In this document: piece after piece, positions 1 through 12,533 of the stretch
How the letters are laid out: every line of letters begins with the position of its first letter
Position numbering within the stretch: position 1 is the stretch's first letter
Assembly: GCA_964016885.1 (NCBI GenBank)
Contig: OZ024742.1
Location: 226,486,001-226,550,000, forward strand
Source of the DNA: Eledone cirrhosa
Lineage: Eukaryota
DNA length: 64,000 nucleotides
Direction: 5' to 3'
Translations under genes and position numbers: made by a program
Notes under the pieces: generated by a model
The model's database searches: none
Seen by the model: the letters and a program-made list of their open reading frames with translations, nothing else
Told to the model about the DNA's origin: nothing

Positions 1-475
1 CAGTAGTTGCTGTTACTGCCGTAGATGGTGGTGGTGTTAGTACTGTTAGAGTAGGTGGTGTTACTGCTGTAGTTGGTGGTGGTGTTAGTACTGTTACAGT
101 AGGTGGTGTTACTGCTGTAGTTGGTGGTGGTGTTAGTACTGTTACAGTAGGTGGTGATACTGCTGTAGTTTGTAGTGGTGTTAGTACTGTTACAGTAGTT
201 GGTGTTACTGCTGTAGTTGGTGGTGGTGTTAGTACTGTTACAGTAGGTGGTGTTACTGCTCTAGTTGGTGGTGGTGTTAGTACTGTTACAGTAGGTGGTG
301 TTACTGCTGTAGTTAGTAGTGGTGTTACTACTGTTACAGTAGGTGGTGTTACTGGAGTAGTTGGTAGTGGTGTTACTACTCTTACAGTAGGTGGTGTTAC
401 TGCTGTATTTGGTAGTGGTGTTACTACTGTTACAGTAGGTGGTGTTACTGCTCTAGTTGGTGGTGGTGTTAGTTA

Positions 476-3400
476 GTTACAGTAGGTGGTGTTACTGCTG
501 TAGTTGGTGGTGGTGTTAGTACTGTTACAGTAGGTGGTGTTACTGCTGTTGTTGGTGGTGGTGTTAGTACTGTTACAGTAGGTGGTGTTAATGCTGTAGT
601 TGGTGGTGGTGTTAGTACTGTTACAGTAGGTGGTGTTACTGCTGTAGTTGGTGTTGGGGTTAGTACTGTTACAGTAGGTGGTGTTACTGCTGTAGTTGGT
701 GGTGGTGTTAGTACTGTTACAGTAGGTGGTGTTACTGCTGTATTTGGTAGTGGTGTTGGTACTGTTACAGTAGGTGGTGTTACTGCTGTAGTTGGTGGTG
801 GTGTTAGTACTGTTACAGTAGGTGGTGTTACTGCTGTAGTTGGTGGTGGTGTTAGTACTGTTAGAGTAGGTGGTGTTAGTACTGTTAGAGTAGGTGTTGT
901 TACTGCTGTAGTTGGTGGTGGTGTTAGTACCGTTACAGTAGGTGGTGTTACTGCTGTATTTGGTGGTGGTGTTATACTGTTACAGTAGGTGGTGCTACTG
1001 TTGTTGTTGGTGGGGGTGTTGTTTAGTTACAGTAGGTGGTGTTTCAGATGTAGTTAATAGTGGTGTTAGTACTGTTACAGTAGTTGGTGTTACTGCTGTA
1101 GTTTCTAGTGGTGTTAGTACTGTTACAGTAGTTGGTGTTACTGCTGTAGTTGGTGGTTGTGTTATTACTGTTACAGTAGGTAGTGTTACTGCTGTAGTTG
1201 GTGTTGGTGTTAGTACTGTTACCGAAGGTGGTGTTACTGCTGTAGTTGGTGGTGGTGTTAGTACTGTTACAGTAGGTGGTGTTACTGCTCTAGTTGGTGG
1301 TGGTGTTAGTACTGTTACAGTAGGTGGTGTTACTGCTGTAGTTGGTGGTGGTGTTAGTACTGTTACAGTAGGTTGTGTTACTGCTGTAGTTGGTAGTGGT
1401 GTTACTACCGTTACAGTAGGTGGTGTTACTGCTGTAGTTGGTGGTGGTGTTAGTACTGTTACAGTAGGTGGTGTTACTGCTGTAGTTGGTGGTGGTGTTA
1501 GTACTGTTACAGTAGGTGGTGTTACTGCTGTAGTTGGTAGTGGTGTTACAACTGTTACAGTAGTTGGTGTTACTGCTGTAGTTGGTGGTGGTGTTAGTAC
1601 TTTTAGAGTATGTGGTGTTACTGCTGTAGTTGGTGGCAGTGTTAGTACTGTTACAGTAGGTGGTGTTACTGCTGTAGTTGGTGGTGGTGTTAGTACTGTT
1701 ACAGTAGGTGGTGTTACTGCTGTAGTTGGTGGTGGTGTTATTATTGTTACAGTAGGTGGTGTTACTGCTGGAGTTGGTAGTGGTGTTACTACTCTTACAG
1801 TAGGTGGTGTTACTGCTGTATTTGGTAGTGGTGTTACTACTGTTACAGTAGGTGGTGTTACTGCTCTAGTTGGTGGTGGTGTTAGTTAGTTACAGTAGGT
1901 GGTGTTACTGCTGTAGTTGGTGGTGGTGTTAGTACTGTTACAGTAGGTGGTGTTACTGCTGTTGTTGGTGGTGGTGTTAGTACTGTTACAGTAGGTGGTG
2001 TTAATGCTGTAGTTGGTGGTGGTGTTAGTACTGTTACAGTAGGTGGTGTTACTGCTGTAGTTGGTGTTGGGGTTAGTACTGTTACAGTAGGTGGTGTTAC
2101 TGCTGTAGTTGGTGGTGGTGTTAGTACTGTTACAGTAGGTGGTGTTACTGCTGTATTTGGTAGTGGTGTTGGTACTGTTACAGTAGGTGGTGTTACTGCT
2201 GTAGTTGGTGGTGGTGTTAGTACTGTTACAGTAGGTGGTGTTACTGCTGTAGTTGGTGGTGGTGTTAGTACTGTTAGAGTAGGTGGTGTTAGTACTGTTA
2301 GAGTAGGTGGTGTTACTGCTGTAGTTGGTGGTGGTGTTAGTACCGTTACAGTAGGTGGTGCTACTGCTGTTGTTGGTGGTGGTGTTGTTTAGTTACAGTA
2401 GGTGGTGTTTCAGATGTAGTTAATAGTGGTGTTAGTACTGTTACAGTAGTTGGTGTTACTGCTGTAGTTTCTAGTGGTGTTAGTACTGTTACAGTAGTTG
2501 GTGTTACTGCTGTAGTTGGTGGTTGTGTTATTACTGTTACAGTAGGTAGTGTTACTGCTGTAGTTGGTCTTGGTGTTTGTACTGTTACCGTAGGTGGTGT
2601 TACTGCTGTAGTTGGTGGTGGTGTTAGTACTGTTACAGTAGGTGGTGTTACTGCTGTAGTTGGTGGTGGTGTTAGTACTGTTACAGTAGGTGGTGTTACT
2701 GCTGTAGTTGGTAGTGGTGTTACTACTGTTACAGTTGGTGGTGTTACTGCTGTAGTTGGTGGTGGTGTTAGTACTGTTACAGTAGGTGGTGTTACTGCTG
2801 TAGTTGGTGGTGGTGTTAGTACTGTTACAGTAGGTGGTGTTACTGCTGTAGTTGGTAGTGGTGTTACTACTGTTACAGTTGGTGGTGTTACTGCTGTAGT
2901 TGGTGGTGGTGTTAGTACTGTTACAGTAGGTTGTGTTACTGCTGTAGTTGGTAGTGGTGTTACTACCGTTACAGTAGGTGGTGTTACTGCTGTAGTTGGT
3001 GGTGGTGTTAGTACTGTTACAATAGGTGGTGTTACTGCTGTAGTTGGTGGTGGTGTTAGTACTGTTACAGTAGGTGGTGTTACTGCTGTAGTTGGTAGTG
3101 GTGTTAGTACTGTTACAGTAGTTGGTGTTACTGCTGTAGTTTCTAGTGGTCTTAGTACTGTTACAGTAGTAGGTGTTACTGCTGTAGTTGGTGGTTGTGT
3201 TATTACTGTTACAGTAGGTGGTGTTACTGCTGTAGTTGGTGGTGGTGTTAGTACTGTTACAGTAGGTGGTGTTACTGCTGTAATTGGTGGTGGTGTTAGT
3301 ACTGTTACAGTAGGTGGTGTTACTGCCGTAGATGTTGGTGGTGTTAGTACTGTTAGAGTAGGTGGTGTTACTGCTGTAGTTGGTGGTGGTGTTAGTACTG

Positions 3401-6400
3401 TTACAGTAGGTGGTGTTACTGCTGTAGTTGGTGGTGGTGTTAGTACTGTTACAGTAGGTGGTGATACTGCTGTAGTTTGTAGTGGTGTTAGTACTGTTAC
3501 AGTAGTTGGTGTTACTGCTGTAGTTGGTGGTGGTGTTATTACCGTTACAGTAGGTGGTGTTACTGCTGTAGTTGGTGGTGGTGTTAGTACTGTTAGAGTA
3601 GATGGTGTTAATGCTGTAGTTGGTGGTGGTGTTAGTACCGTTACAGTAGGTGGTGTTACTGCTGTATTTGGTGGTGGTGTTAGTACTGTTACAGTAGGTG
3701 GTGTTACTGCTGTAGTTGGTGGTGGTGTTATACTGTTACAGTAGGTGGTGCTACTGCTGTTGTTGGTGGTGGTGTTATTTAGTTACAGTAGGTGGTGTTT
3801 CAGATGTAGTTAGTAGTGGTGTTAGTACTGTTACAGTAGTTGGTGTTACTGCTGTAGTTTCTAGTGGTCTTAGTACTGTTACAGTAGTAGGTGTTACTGC
3901 TGTAGTTGGTGGTTGTGTTATTACTGTTACAGTAGGTGGTGTTACTGCTGTAGTTGGTGGTGGTGTTAGTACTGTTACAGTAGGTGGTGTTACTGCTGTA
4001 ATTGGTGGTGGTGTTAGTACTGTTACAGTAGGTGGTGTTACTGCTGTAGTTGGTGGTGGTGTTATTACTGTTGCAGTAGTTGGTGTTACTGCTGTAGTTG
4101 GTGGTGGTGTTAGTACTGTTACAGTAGGTGGTGTTACTGCTGTAGTTGGTGGTGGTGTTAGTACTGTTACAGTAGGTGGTGTTACTGCTCTAGTTGGTGG
4201 TGGTGTTAGTACTGTTACAGTAGGTGGTGTTACTGCTGTAGTTGGTAGTGGTGTTACTACTGTTACAGTAGGTGGTGTTACTGGGGTAGTTGGTAGTGGT
4301 GTTACTACTGTTACAGTAGGTGGTGTTACTGCTGTATTTGGTAGTGGTGTTACTACTGTTACAGTAGGTGGTGTTACTGCTGTAGTTGGTGGTGGTGTTA
4401 GTACTGTTACAGTAGGTGGTGTTACTGCTGTTGTTGGTGGTGGTGTTAGTACTGTTACAGTAGGTGGTGTTAATGCTGTAGTTGGTGGTGGTGTTAGTAC
4501 TGTTACAGTAGGTGGTGTTACTGCTGTAGTTGGTGTTGGGGTTAGTACTGTTACAGTAGGTGGTGTTACTGCTGTAGTTGGTGGTGGTGTTAGTACTGTT
4601 ACAGTAGGTGGTGTTACTGCTGTATTTGGTAGTGGTGTTGGTACTGTTACAGTAGGTGGTGTTACTGCTGTAGTTGGTGGTGGTCTTAGTACTGTTACAG
4701 TAGGTGGTGTTACTGCTGTAGTTGGTGGTGGTGTTAGTACTGTTAGAGTAGGTGGTGTTAGTACTGTTAGAGTAGGTGTTGTTACTGCTGTAGTTGGTGG
4801 TGGTGTTAGTACCGTTACAGTAGGTGGTGTTACTGCTGTATTTGGTGGTGGTGTTATACTGTTACAGTAGGTGGTGCTACTGTTGTTGTTGGTGGGGGTG
4901 TTGTTTAGTTACAGTAGGTGGTGTTTCAGATGTAGTTAATAGTGGTGTTAGTACTGTTACAGTAGTTGGTGTTACTGCTGTAGTTTCTAGTGGTGTTAGT
5001 ACTGTTACAGTAGTTGGTGTTACTGCTGTAGTTGGTGGTTGTGTTATTACTGTTACAGTAGGTAGTGTTACTGCTGTAGTTGGTGTTGGTGTTAGTACTG
5101 TTACCGAAGGTGGTGTTACTGCTGTAGTTGGTGGTGGTGTTAGTACTGTTACAGTAGGTGGTGTTACTGCTCTAGTTGGTGGTGGTGTTAGTACTGTTAC
5201 AGTAGGTGGTGTTACTGCTGTAGTTGGTGGTGGTGTTAGTACTGTTACAGTAGGTTGTGTTACTGCTGTAGTTGGTAGTGGTGTTACTACCGTTACAGTA
5301 GGTGGTGTTACTGCTGTAGTTGGTGGTGGTGTTAGTACTGTTACAGTAGGTGGTGTTACTGCTGTAGTTGGTGGTGGTGTTAGTACTGTTACAGTAGGTG
5401 GTGTTACTGCTGTAGTTGGTAGTGGTGTTACAACTGTTACAGTAGTTGGTGTTACTGCTGTAGTTGGTGGTGGTGTTAGTACTTTTAGAGTAGGTGGTGT
5501 TACTGCTGTAGTTGGTGGCAGTGTTAGTACTGTTACAGTAGGTGGTGTTACTGCTGTAGTTGGTGGTGGTGTTAGTACTGTTACAGTAGGTGGTGTTACT
5601 GCTGTAGTTGGTGGTGGTGTTATTATTGTTACAGTAGGTGGTGTTACTGCTGGAGTTGGTAGTGGTGTTACTACTCTTACAGTAGGTGGTGTTACTGCTG
5701 TATTTGGTAGTGGTGTTACTACTGTTACAGTAGGTGGTGTTACTGCTCTAGTTGGTGGTGGTGTTAGTTAGTTACAGTAGGTGGTGTTACTGCTGTAGTT
5801 GGTGGTGGTGTTAGTACTGTTACAGTAGGTGGTGTTACTGCTGTTGTTGGTGGTGGTGTTAGTACTGTTACAGTAGGTGGTGTTAATGCTGTAGTTGGTG
5901 GTGGTGTTAGTACTGTTACAGTAGGTGGTGTTACTGCTGTAGTTGTTGTTGGGGTTAGTACTGTTACAGTAGGTGGTGTTACTGCTGTAGTTGGTGGTGG
6001 TGTTAGTACTGTTACAGTAGGTGGTGTTACTGCTGTATTTGGTAGTGGTGTTGGTACTGTTACAGTAGGTGGTGTTACTGCTGTAGTTGGTGGTGGTGTT
6101 AGTACTGTTACAGTAGGTGGTGTTACTGCTGTAGTTGGTGGTGGTGTTAGTACTGTTAGAGTAGGTGGTGTTAGTACTGTTAGAGTAGGTGGTGTTACTG
6201 CTGTAGTTGGTGGTGGTGTTAGTACCGTTACAGTAGGTGGTGCTACTGCTGTTGTTGGTGGTGGTGTTGTTTAGTTACAGTAGGTGGTGTTTCAGATGTA
6301 GTTAATAGTGGTGTTAGTACTGTTACAGTAGTTGGTGTTACTGCTGTAGTTTCTAGTGGTGTTAGTACTGTTACAGTAGTTGGTGTTACTGCTGTAGTTG

Positions 6401-8640
6401 GTGGTTGTGTTATTACTGTTACAGTAGGTAGTGTTACTGCTGTAGTTGGTCTTGGTGTTTGTACTGTTACCGTAGGTGGTGTTACTGCTGTAGTTGGTGG
6501 TGGTGTTAGTACTGTTACAGTAGGTGGTGTTACTGCTGTAGTTGGTGGTGGTGTTAGTACTGTTACAGTAGGTGGTGTTACTGCTGTAGTTGGTAGTGGT
6601 GTTACTACTGTTACAGTTGGTGGTGTTACTGCTGTAGTTGGTGGTGGTGTTAGTACTGTTACAGTAGGTGGTGTTACTGCTGTAGTTGGTGGTGGTGTTA
6701 GTACTGTTACAGTAGGTGGTGTTACTGCTGTAGTTGGTAGTGGTGTTACTACTGTTACAGTTGGTGGTGTTACTGCTGTAGTTGGTGGTGGTGTTAGTAC
6801 TGTTACAGTAGGTTGTGTTACTGCTGTAGTTGGTAGTGGTGTTACTACCGTTACAGTAGGTGGTGTTACTGCTGTAGTTGGTGGTGGTGTTAGTACTGTT
6901 ACAATAGGTGGTGTTACTGCTGTAGTTGGTGGTGGTGTTAGTACTGTTACAGTAGGTGGTGTTACTGCTGTAGTTGGTAGTGGTGTTAGTACTGTTACAG
7001 TAGTTGGTGTTACTGCTGTAGTTTCTAGTGGTCTTAGTACTGTTACAGTAGTAGGTGTTACTGCTGTAGTTGGTGGTTGTGTTATTACTGTTACAGTAGG
7101 TGGTGTTACTGCTGTAGTTGGTGGTGGTGTTAGTACTGTTACAGTAGGTGGTGTTACTGCTGTAATTGGTGGTGGTGTTAGTACTGTTACAGTAGGTGGT
7201 GTTACTGCCGTAGATGTTGGTGGTGTTAGTACTGTTAGAGTAGGTGGTGTTACTGCTGTAGTTGGTGGTGGTGTTAGTACTGTTACAGTAGGTGGTGTTA
7301 CTGCTGTAGTTGGTGGTGGTGTTAGTACTGTTACAGTAGGTGGTGATACTGCTGTAGTTTGTAGTGGTGTTAGTACTGTTACAGTAGTTGGTGTTACTGC
7401 TGTAGTTGGTGGTGGTGTTATTACCGTTACAGTAGGTGGTGTTACTGCTGTAGTTGGTGGTGGTGTTAGTACTGTTAGAGTAGATGGTGTTAATGCTGTA
7501 GTTGGTGGTGGTGTTAGTACCGTTACAGTAGGTGGTGTTACTGCTGTATTTGGTGGTGGTGTTAGTACTGTTACAGTAGGTGGTGTTACTGCTGTAGTTG
7601 GTGGTGGTGTTATACTGTTACAGTAGGTGGTGCTACTGCTGTTGTTGGTGGTGGTGTTATTTAGTTACAGTAGGTGGTGTTTCAGATGTAGTTAGTAGTG
7701 GTGTTAGTACTGTTACAGTAGTTGGTGTTACTGCTGTAGTTTCTAGTGGTCTTAGTACTGTTACAGTAGTAGGTGTTACTGCTGTAGTTGGTGGTTGTGT
7801 TATTACTGTTACAGTAGGTGGTGTTACTGCTGTAGTTGGTGGTGGTGTTAGTACTGTTACAGTAGGTGGTGTTACTGCTGTAATTGGTGGTGGTGTTAGT
7901 ACTGTTACAGTAGGTGGTGTTACTGCTGTAGTTGGTGGTGGTGTTATTACTGTTGCAGTAGTTGGTGTTACTGCTGTAGTTGGTGGTGGTGTTAGTACTG
8001 TTACAGTAGGTGGTGTTACTGCTGTAGTTGGTGGTGGTGTTAGTACTGTTACAGTAGGTGGTGTTACTGCTCTAGTTGGTGGTGGTGTTAGTACTGTTAC
8101 AGTAGGTGGTGTTACTGCTGTAGTTGGTAGTGGTGTTACTACTGTTACAGTAGGTGGTGTTACTGGGGTAGTTGGTAGTGGTGTTACTACTGTTACAGTA
8201 GGTGGTGTTACTGCTGTATTTGGTAGTGGTGTTACTACTGTTACAGTAGGTGGTGTTACTGCTGTAGTTGGTGGTGGTGTTAGTACTGTTACAGTAGGTG
8301 GTGTTACTGCTGTTGTTGGTGGTGGTGTTAGTACTGTTACAGTAGGTGGTGTTAATGCTGTAGTTGGTGGTGGTGTTAGTACTGTGACAGTAGGTGGTGT
8401 TACTGCTGTAGTTGGTGTTGGGGTTAGTACTGTTACAGTAGGTGGTGTTACTGCTGTAGTTGGTGGTGGTGTTAGTACTGTTACAGTAGGTGGTGTTACT
8501 GCTGTATTTGGTAGTGGTGTTGGTACTGTTACAGTAGGTGGTGTTACTGCTGTAGTTGGTGGTGGTCTTAGTACTGTTACAGTAGGTGGTGTTACTGCTG
8601 TAGTTGGTGGTGGTGTTAGTACTGTTAGAGTAGGTGGTGT
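476..8640 (+). repeat. Higher-order duplication, 3882-bp period (about 2.1 copies)
   Basis: ORF pairs 942/4824 and 3716/7598 are offset by 3882 and nearly identical. 3882 = 81x48 - 6, matching six 1-bp deletions per unit (about 971, 1021, 1884, 2386, 3729, 3776); two half-monomer duplications count as one monomer. Boundaries approximate. Confidence 0.93.
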
Positions 8641-9110
8641 TACTGCTGTAGTTGGTGGTGGAGTTAGTACCGTTACAGTAGGTGGTGTTACTGCTGTATT
8701 TGGTGGTGGTGTTAGTACTGTTACAGTAGGTGGTGTTACTGCTGTAGTTGGTGGTGGTGTTATACTGTTACAGTAGGTGGTGCTACTGCTGTTGTTGGTG
8801 GTGGTGTTATTTAGTTACAGTAGGTGGTGTTTCAGATGTAGTTAATAGTGGTGTTAGTACTGTTACAGTAGTTGGTGTTACTGCTGTAGTTTCTAGTGGT
8901 GTTAGTACTGTTACAGTAGTTGGTGTTACTGCTGTAGTTGGTGGTTGTGTTATTACTGTTACAGTAGGTGGTGTTACTGCTGTAGTTGGTGGTGGTGTTA
9001 GTACTGTTACAGTAGGTGGTGTTACTGCTGTAATTGGTGGTGGTGTTAGTACTGTTACAGTAGGTGGTGTTACTGCTGTAGTTGGTGGTGGTGTTATTAC
9101 TGTTGCAGTA
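7598..9110 (+). repeat. Partial higher-order repeat, 1150-bp spacing of the GTTATACT...ATTTAGTT...TCAGATGTAG cassette
   Basis: ORF starts 7598 and 8748 are 1150 apart (24x48 - 2). Both are followed by the same ordered variants: TCTAGT, GGTTGTGTTATT, GTAATT, GTTGCAG. Confidence 0.75.
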
Positions 9111-12100
9111 GGTGGTGTTACTGCTGTAGTTGGTGGTGGTGTTAGTACTGTTAGAGTAGGTGGTTTTACTGCTGTAGTTGGTGTTGGTGTTAGTACTGTT
9201 ACCGTAGGTGGTGTTACTGCTGTAGTTGGTGGTGGTGTTAGTACTGTTACAGTAGGTGGTGTTAATGCTGTAGTTGGTGGTGGTGTTAGTACTGTTACAG
9301 TAGGTGGTGTTACTGCTGTAGTTGGTAGTGGTGTTACTACTGTTACAGTAGTTGGTGTTACTGCTGTAGTTGGTGGTGGTGTTAGTACTTTTAGAGTAGG
9401 TGGTGTTACTGCTGTAGTTGGTGGCAGTGTTAGTACTGTTACAGTAGGTGGTGTTACTGCTGTAGTTGGTGGTGGTGTTAGTACTGTTACAGTAGGTGGT
9501 GTTACTGCTGTAGTTGGTGGTGGTGTTAGTATTGTTACAGTAGGTGGTGTTACTGCTGGAGTTGGTAGTGGTGTTACTACTCTTACAGTAGGTGGTGTTA
9601 CTGCTGTATTTGGTAGTGGTGTTACTACTGTTACAGTAGGTGGTGTTACTGCTCTAGTTGGTGGTGGTGTTAGTTAGTTACAGTAGGTGGTGTTACTGCT
9701 GTAGTTGGTGGTGGTGTTAGTACTGTTACAGTAGGTGGTGTTACTACTGTTGTTGGTGGTGGTGTTAGTACTGTTACAGTAGGTGGTGTTAATGCTGTAG
9801 TTGGTGGTGGTGTTAGTACTGTTACAGTAGGTGGTGTTACTGCTGTAGTTGGTGTTGGGGTTAGTACTGTTACAGTAGGTGCTGTTACTGCTGTAGTTGG
9901 TGGTGGTGTTAGTACTGTTACAGTAGGTGGTGTTACTGCTGTATTTGGTAGTGGTGTTGGTACTGTTACAGTAGGTGGTGTTACTGCTGTAGTTGGTGGT
10001 GGTGTTAGTACTGTTACAGTAGGTGGTGTTACTGCTGTAGTTGGTGGTGGTGTTAGTACTGTTAGAGTAGGTGGTGTTAGTACTGTTAGAGTAGGTGGTG
10101 TTACTGCTGTAGTTGGTGGTGGTGTTAGTACCGTTACAGTAGGTGGTGCTACTGCTGTTGTTGGTGGTGGTGTTGTTTAGTTACAGTAGGTGGTGTTTCA
10201 GATGTAGTTAATAGTGGTGTTAGTACTGTTACAGTAGTTGGTGTTACTGCTGTAGTTTCTAGTGGTGTTAGTACTGTTACAGTAGTTGGTGTTACTGCTG
10301 TAGTTGGTGGTTGTGTTATTACTGTTACAGTAGGTAGTGTTACTGCTGTAGTTGGTGTTGGTGTTTGTACTGTTACCGTAGGTGGTGTTACTGCTGTAGT
10401 TGGTGGTGGTGTTAGTACTGTTACAGTAGGTGGTGTTACTGCTGTAGTTGGTGGTGGTGTTAGTACTGTTACAGTAGGTGGTGTTACTGCTGTAGTTGGT
10501 AGTGGTGTTACTACTGTTACAGTTGGTGGTGTTACTGCTGTAGTTGGTGGTGGTGTTAGTACTGTTACAGTAGGTTGTGTTACTGCTGTAGTTGGTAGTG
10601 GTGTTACTACCGTTACAGTAGGTGGTTTAACTGCTGTAGTTGGTGGTGGTGTTAGTACTGTTACAGTAGGTGGTGTTACTGCTGTAGTTGGTGGTGGTGT
10701 TAGTACTGTTACAGTAGGTGGTGTTACTGCTGTAGTTGGTAGTGGTGTTACAACTGTTACAGTAGTTGGTGTTACTGCTATAGTTGGTGGTGGTGTTAGT
10801 ACTGTTAGAGTAGGTGGTGTTACTGCTGTAGTTGGTGGCAGTGTTAGTACTGTTACAGTAGGTGGCGTTACTGCTGTAGTTGGTGGTGGTGTTAGTACTG
10901 TTACAGTAGGTGGTGTTACTGCTGTAGTTGGTGGTGGTGTTAGTATTGTTACAGTAGATGGTGTTACTGCTGGAGTTGGTAGTGGTGTTACTACTGTTAC
11001 AGTTGGTGGTGTTACTACTGTTACAGTAGTTGGTGTTACTGCTATAGTTGGTGGTGGTGTTAGTACTGTTAGAGTAGGTGGTGTTACTGCTGTAGTTGGT
11101 GGCAGTGTTAGTACTGTTACAGTAGGTGGCGTTACTGCTGTAGTTGGTGGTGGTGTTAGTACTGTTAGAGTAGGTGGTGTTACTGCTGTAGTTGGTGGTG
11201 GTGTTAGTACTGTTACAGTAGGTGGTGTTACTGCTGTAGTTGGTGGTGGTGTTAGTACTGTTACAGTAGGTGGTGATACTGCTGTAGTTTGTAGTGGTGT
11301 TAGAACTGTTACAGTAGTTGGTGTTACTGCTGTAGTTGGTGGTGGTGTTATTACCGTTACAGTAGGTGGTGTTACTGCTGTAGTTGGTGGTGGTGTTATT
11401 TAGTTACAGTAGGTGGTGTTTCAGATGTAGTTAGTAGTGGTGTTAGTACTGTTACAGTAGTTGGTGTTACTGCTGTAGTTTCTAGTGGTCTTAGTACTGT
11501 TACAGTAGTAGGTGTTACTGCTGTAGTTGGTGGTTGTGTTATTACTGTTACAGTAGGTGGTGTTACTGCTGTAGTTGGTGGTGGTGTTAGTACTGTTACA
11601 GTAGGTGGTGTTACTGCTGTAATTGGTGGTGGTGTTAGTACTGTTACAGTAGGTGGTGTTACTGCTGTAGTTGGTGGTGGTGTTATTACTGTTGCAGTAG
11701 TTGGTGTTACTGCTGTAGTTGGTGGTGGTGTTAGTACTGTTACAGTAGGTGGTGTTACTGCTGTAGTTGGTGGTGGTGTTAGTACTGTTACAGTAGGTGG
11801 TGTTACTGCTCTAGTTGGTGGTGGTGTTAGTACTGTTACAGTAGGTGGTGTTACTGCTGTAGTTGGTAGTGGTGTTACTACTGTTACAGTAGGTGGTGTT
11901 ACTGGGGTAGTTGGTAGTGGTGTTACTACTGTTACAGTAGGTGGTGTTACTGCTGTATTTTGTAGTGGTGTTACTACTGTTACAGTAGGTGGTGTTACTG
12001 CTCTAGTTGGTGGTGGTGTTAGTTAGTTACAGTAGGTGGTGTTACTGCTGTAGTTGGTGGTGGTGTTAGTACTGTTACAGTAGGTGGTGTTACTGCTGTT

Positions 12101-12533
12101 GTTGGTGGTGGTGTTAGTACTGTTACAGTAGGTGGTGTTAATGCTGTAGTTGGTGGTGGTGTTAGTACTGTTACAGTAGGTGGTGTTACTGCTGTAGTTG
12201 GTGTTGGGGTTAGTACTGTTACAGTAGGTGGTGTTACTGCTGTAGTTGGTGGTGGTGTTAGTACTGTTACAGTAGGTGGTGTTACTGCTGTATTTGGTAG
12301 TGGTGTTGGTACTGTTACAGTAGGTGGTGTTACTGCTGTAGTTGGTGGTGGTCTTAGTACTGTTACAGTAGGTGGTGTTACTGCTGTAGTTGGTGGTGGT
12401 GTTAGTACTGTTAGAGTAGGTGGTGTTACTGCTGTAGTTGGTGGTGGAGTTAGTACCGTTACAGTAGGTGGTGTTACTGCTGTATTAGGTGGTGGTGTTA
12501 GTACTGTTACAGTAGGTGGTGTTACTGCTGTAG

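Noticed and set aside
89-101. LexA/SOS box (TACTGT...ACAGTA half-sites)
   Set aside because: The E. coli box needs CTGT-N8-ACAG, whereas here the spacer is 1 nt. Nothing indicates a bacterial context.
3716-3790. Cys/Trp-rich or signal-like N-terminus MVVVLYCYSRWCYCCCWWWC
   Set aside because: This is an out-of-frame reading of one monomer lying between two -1 deletions.
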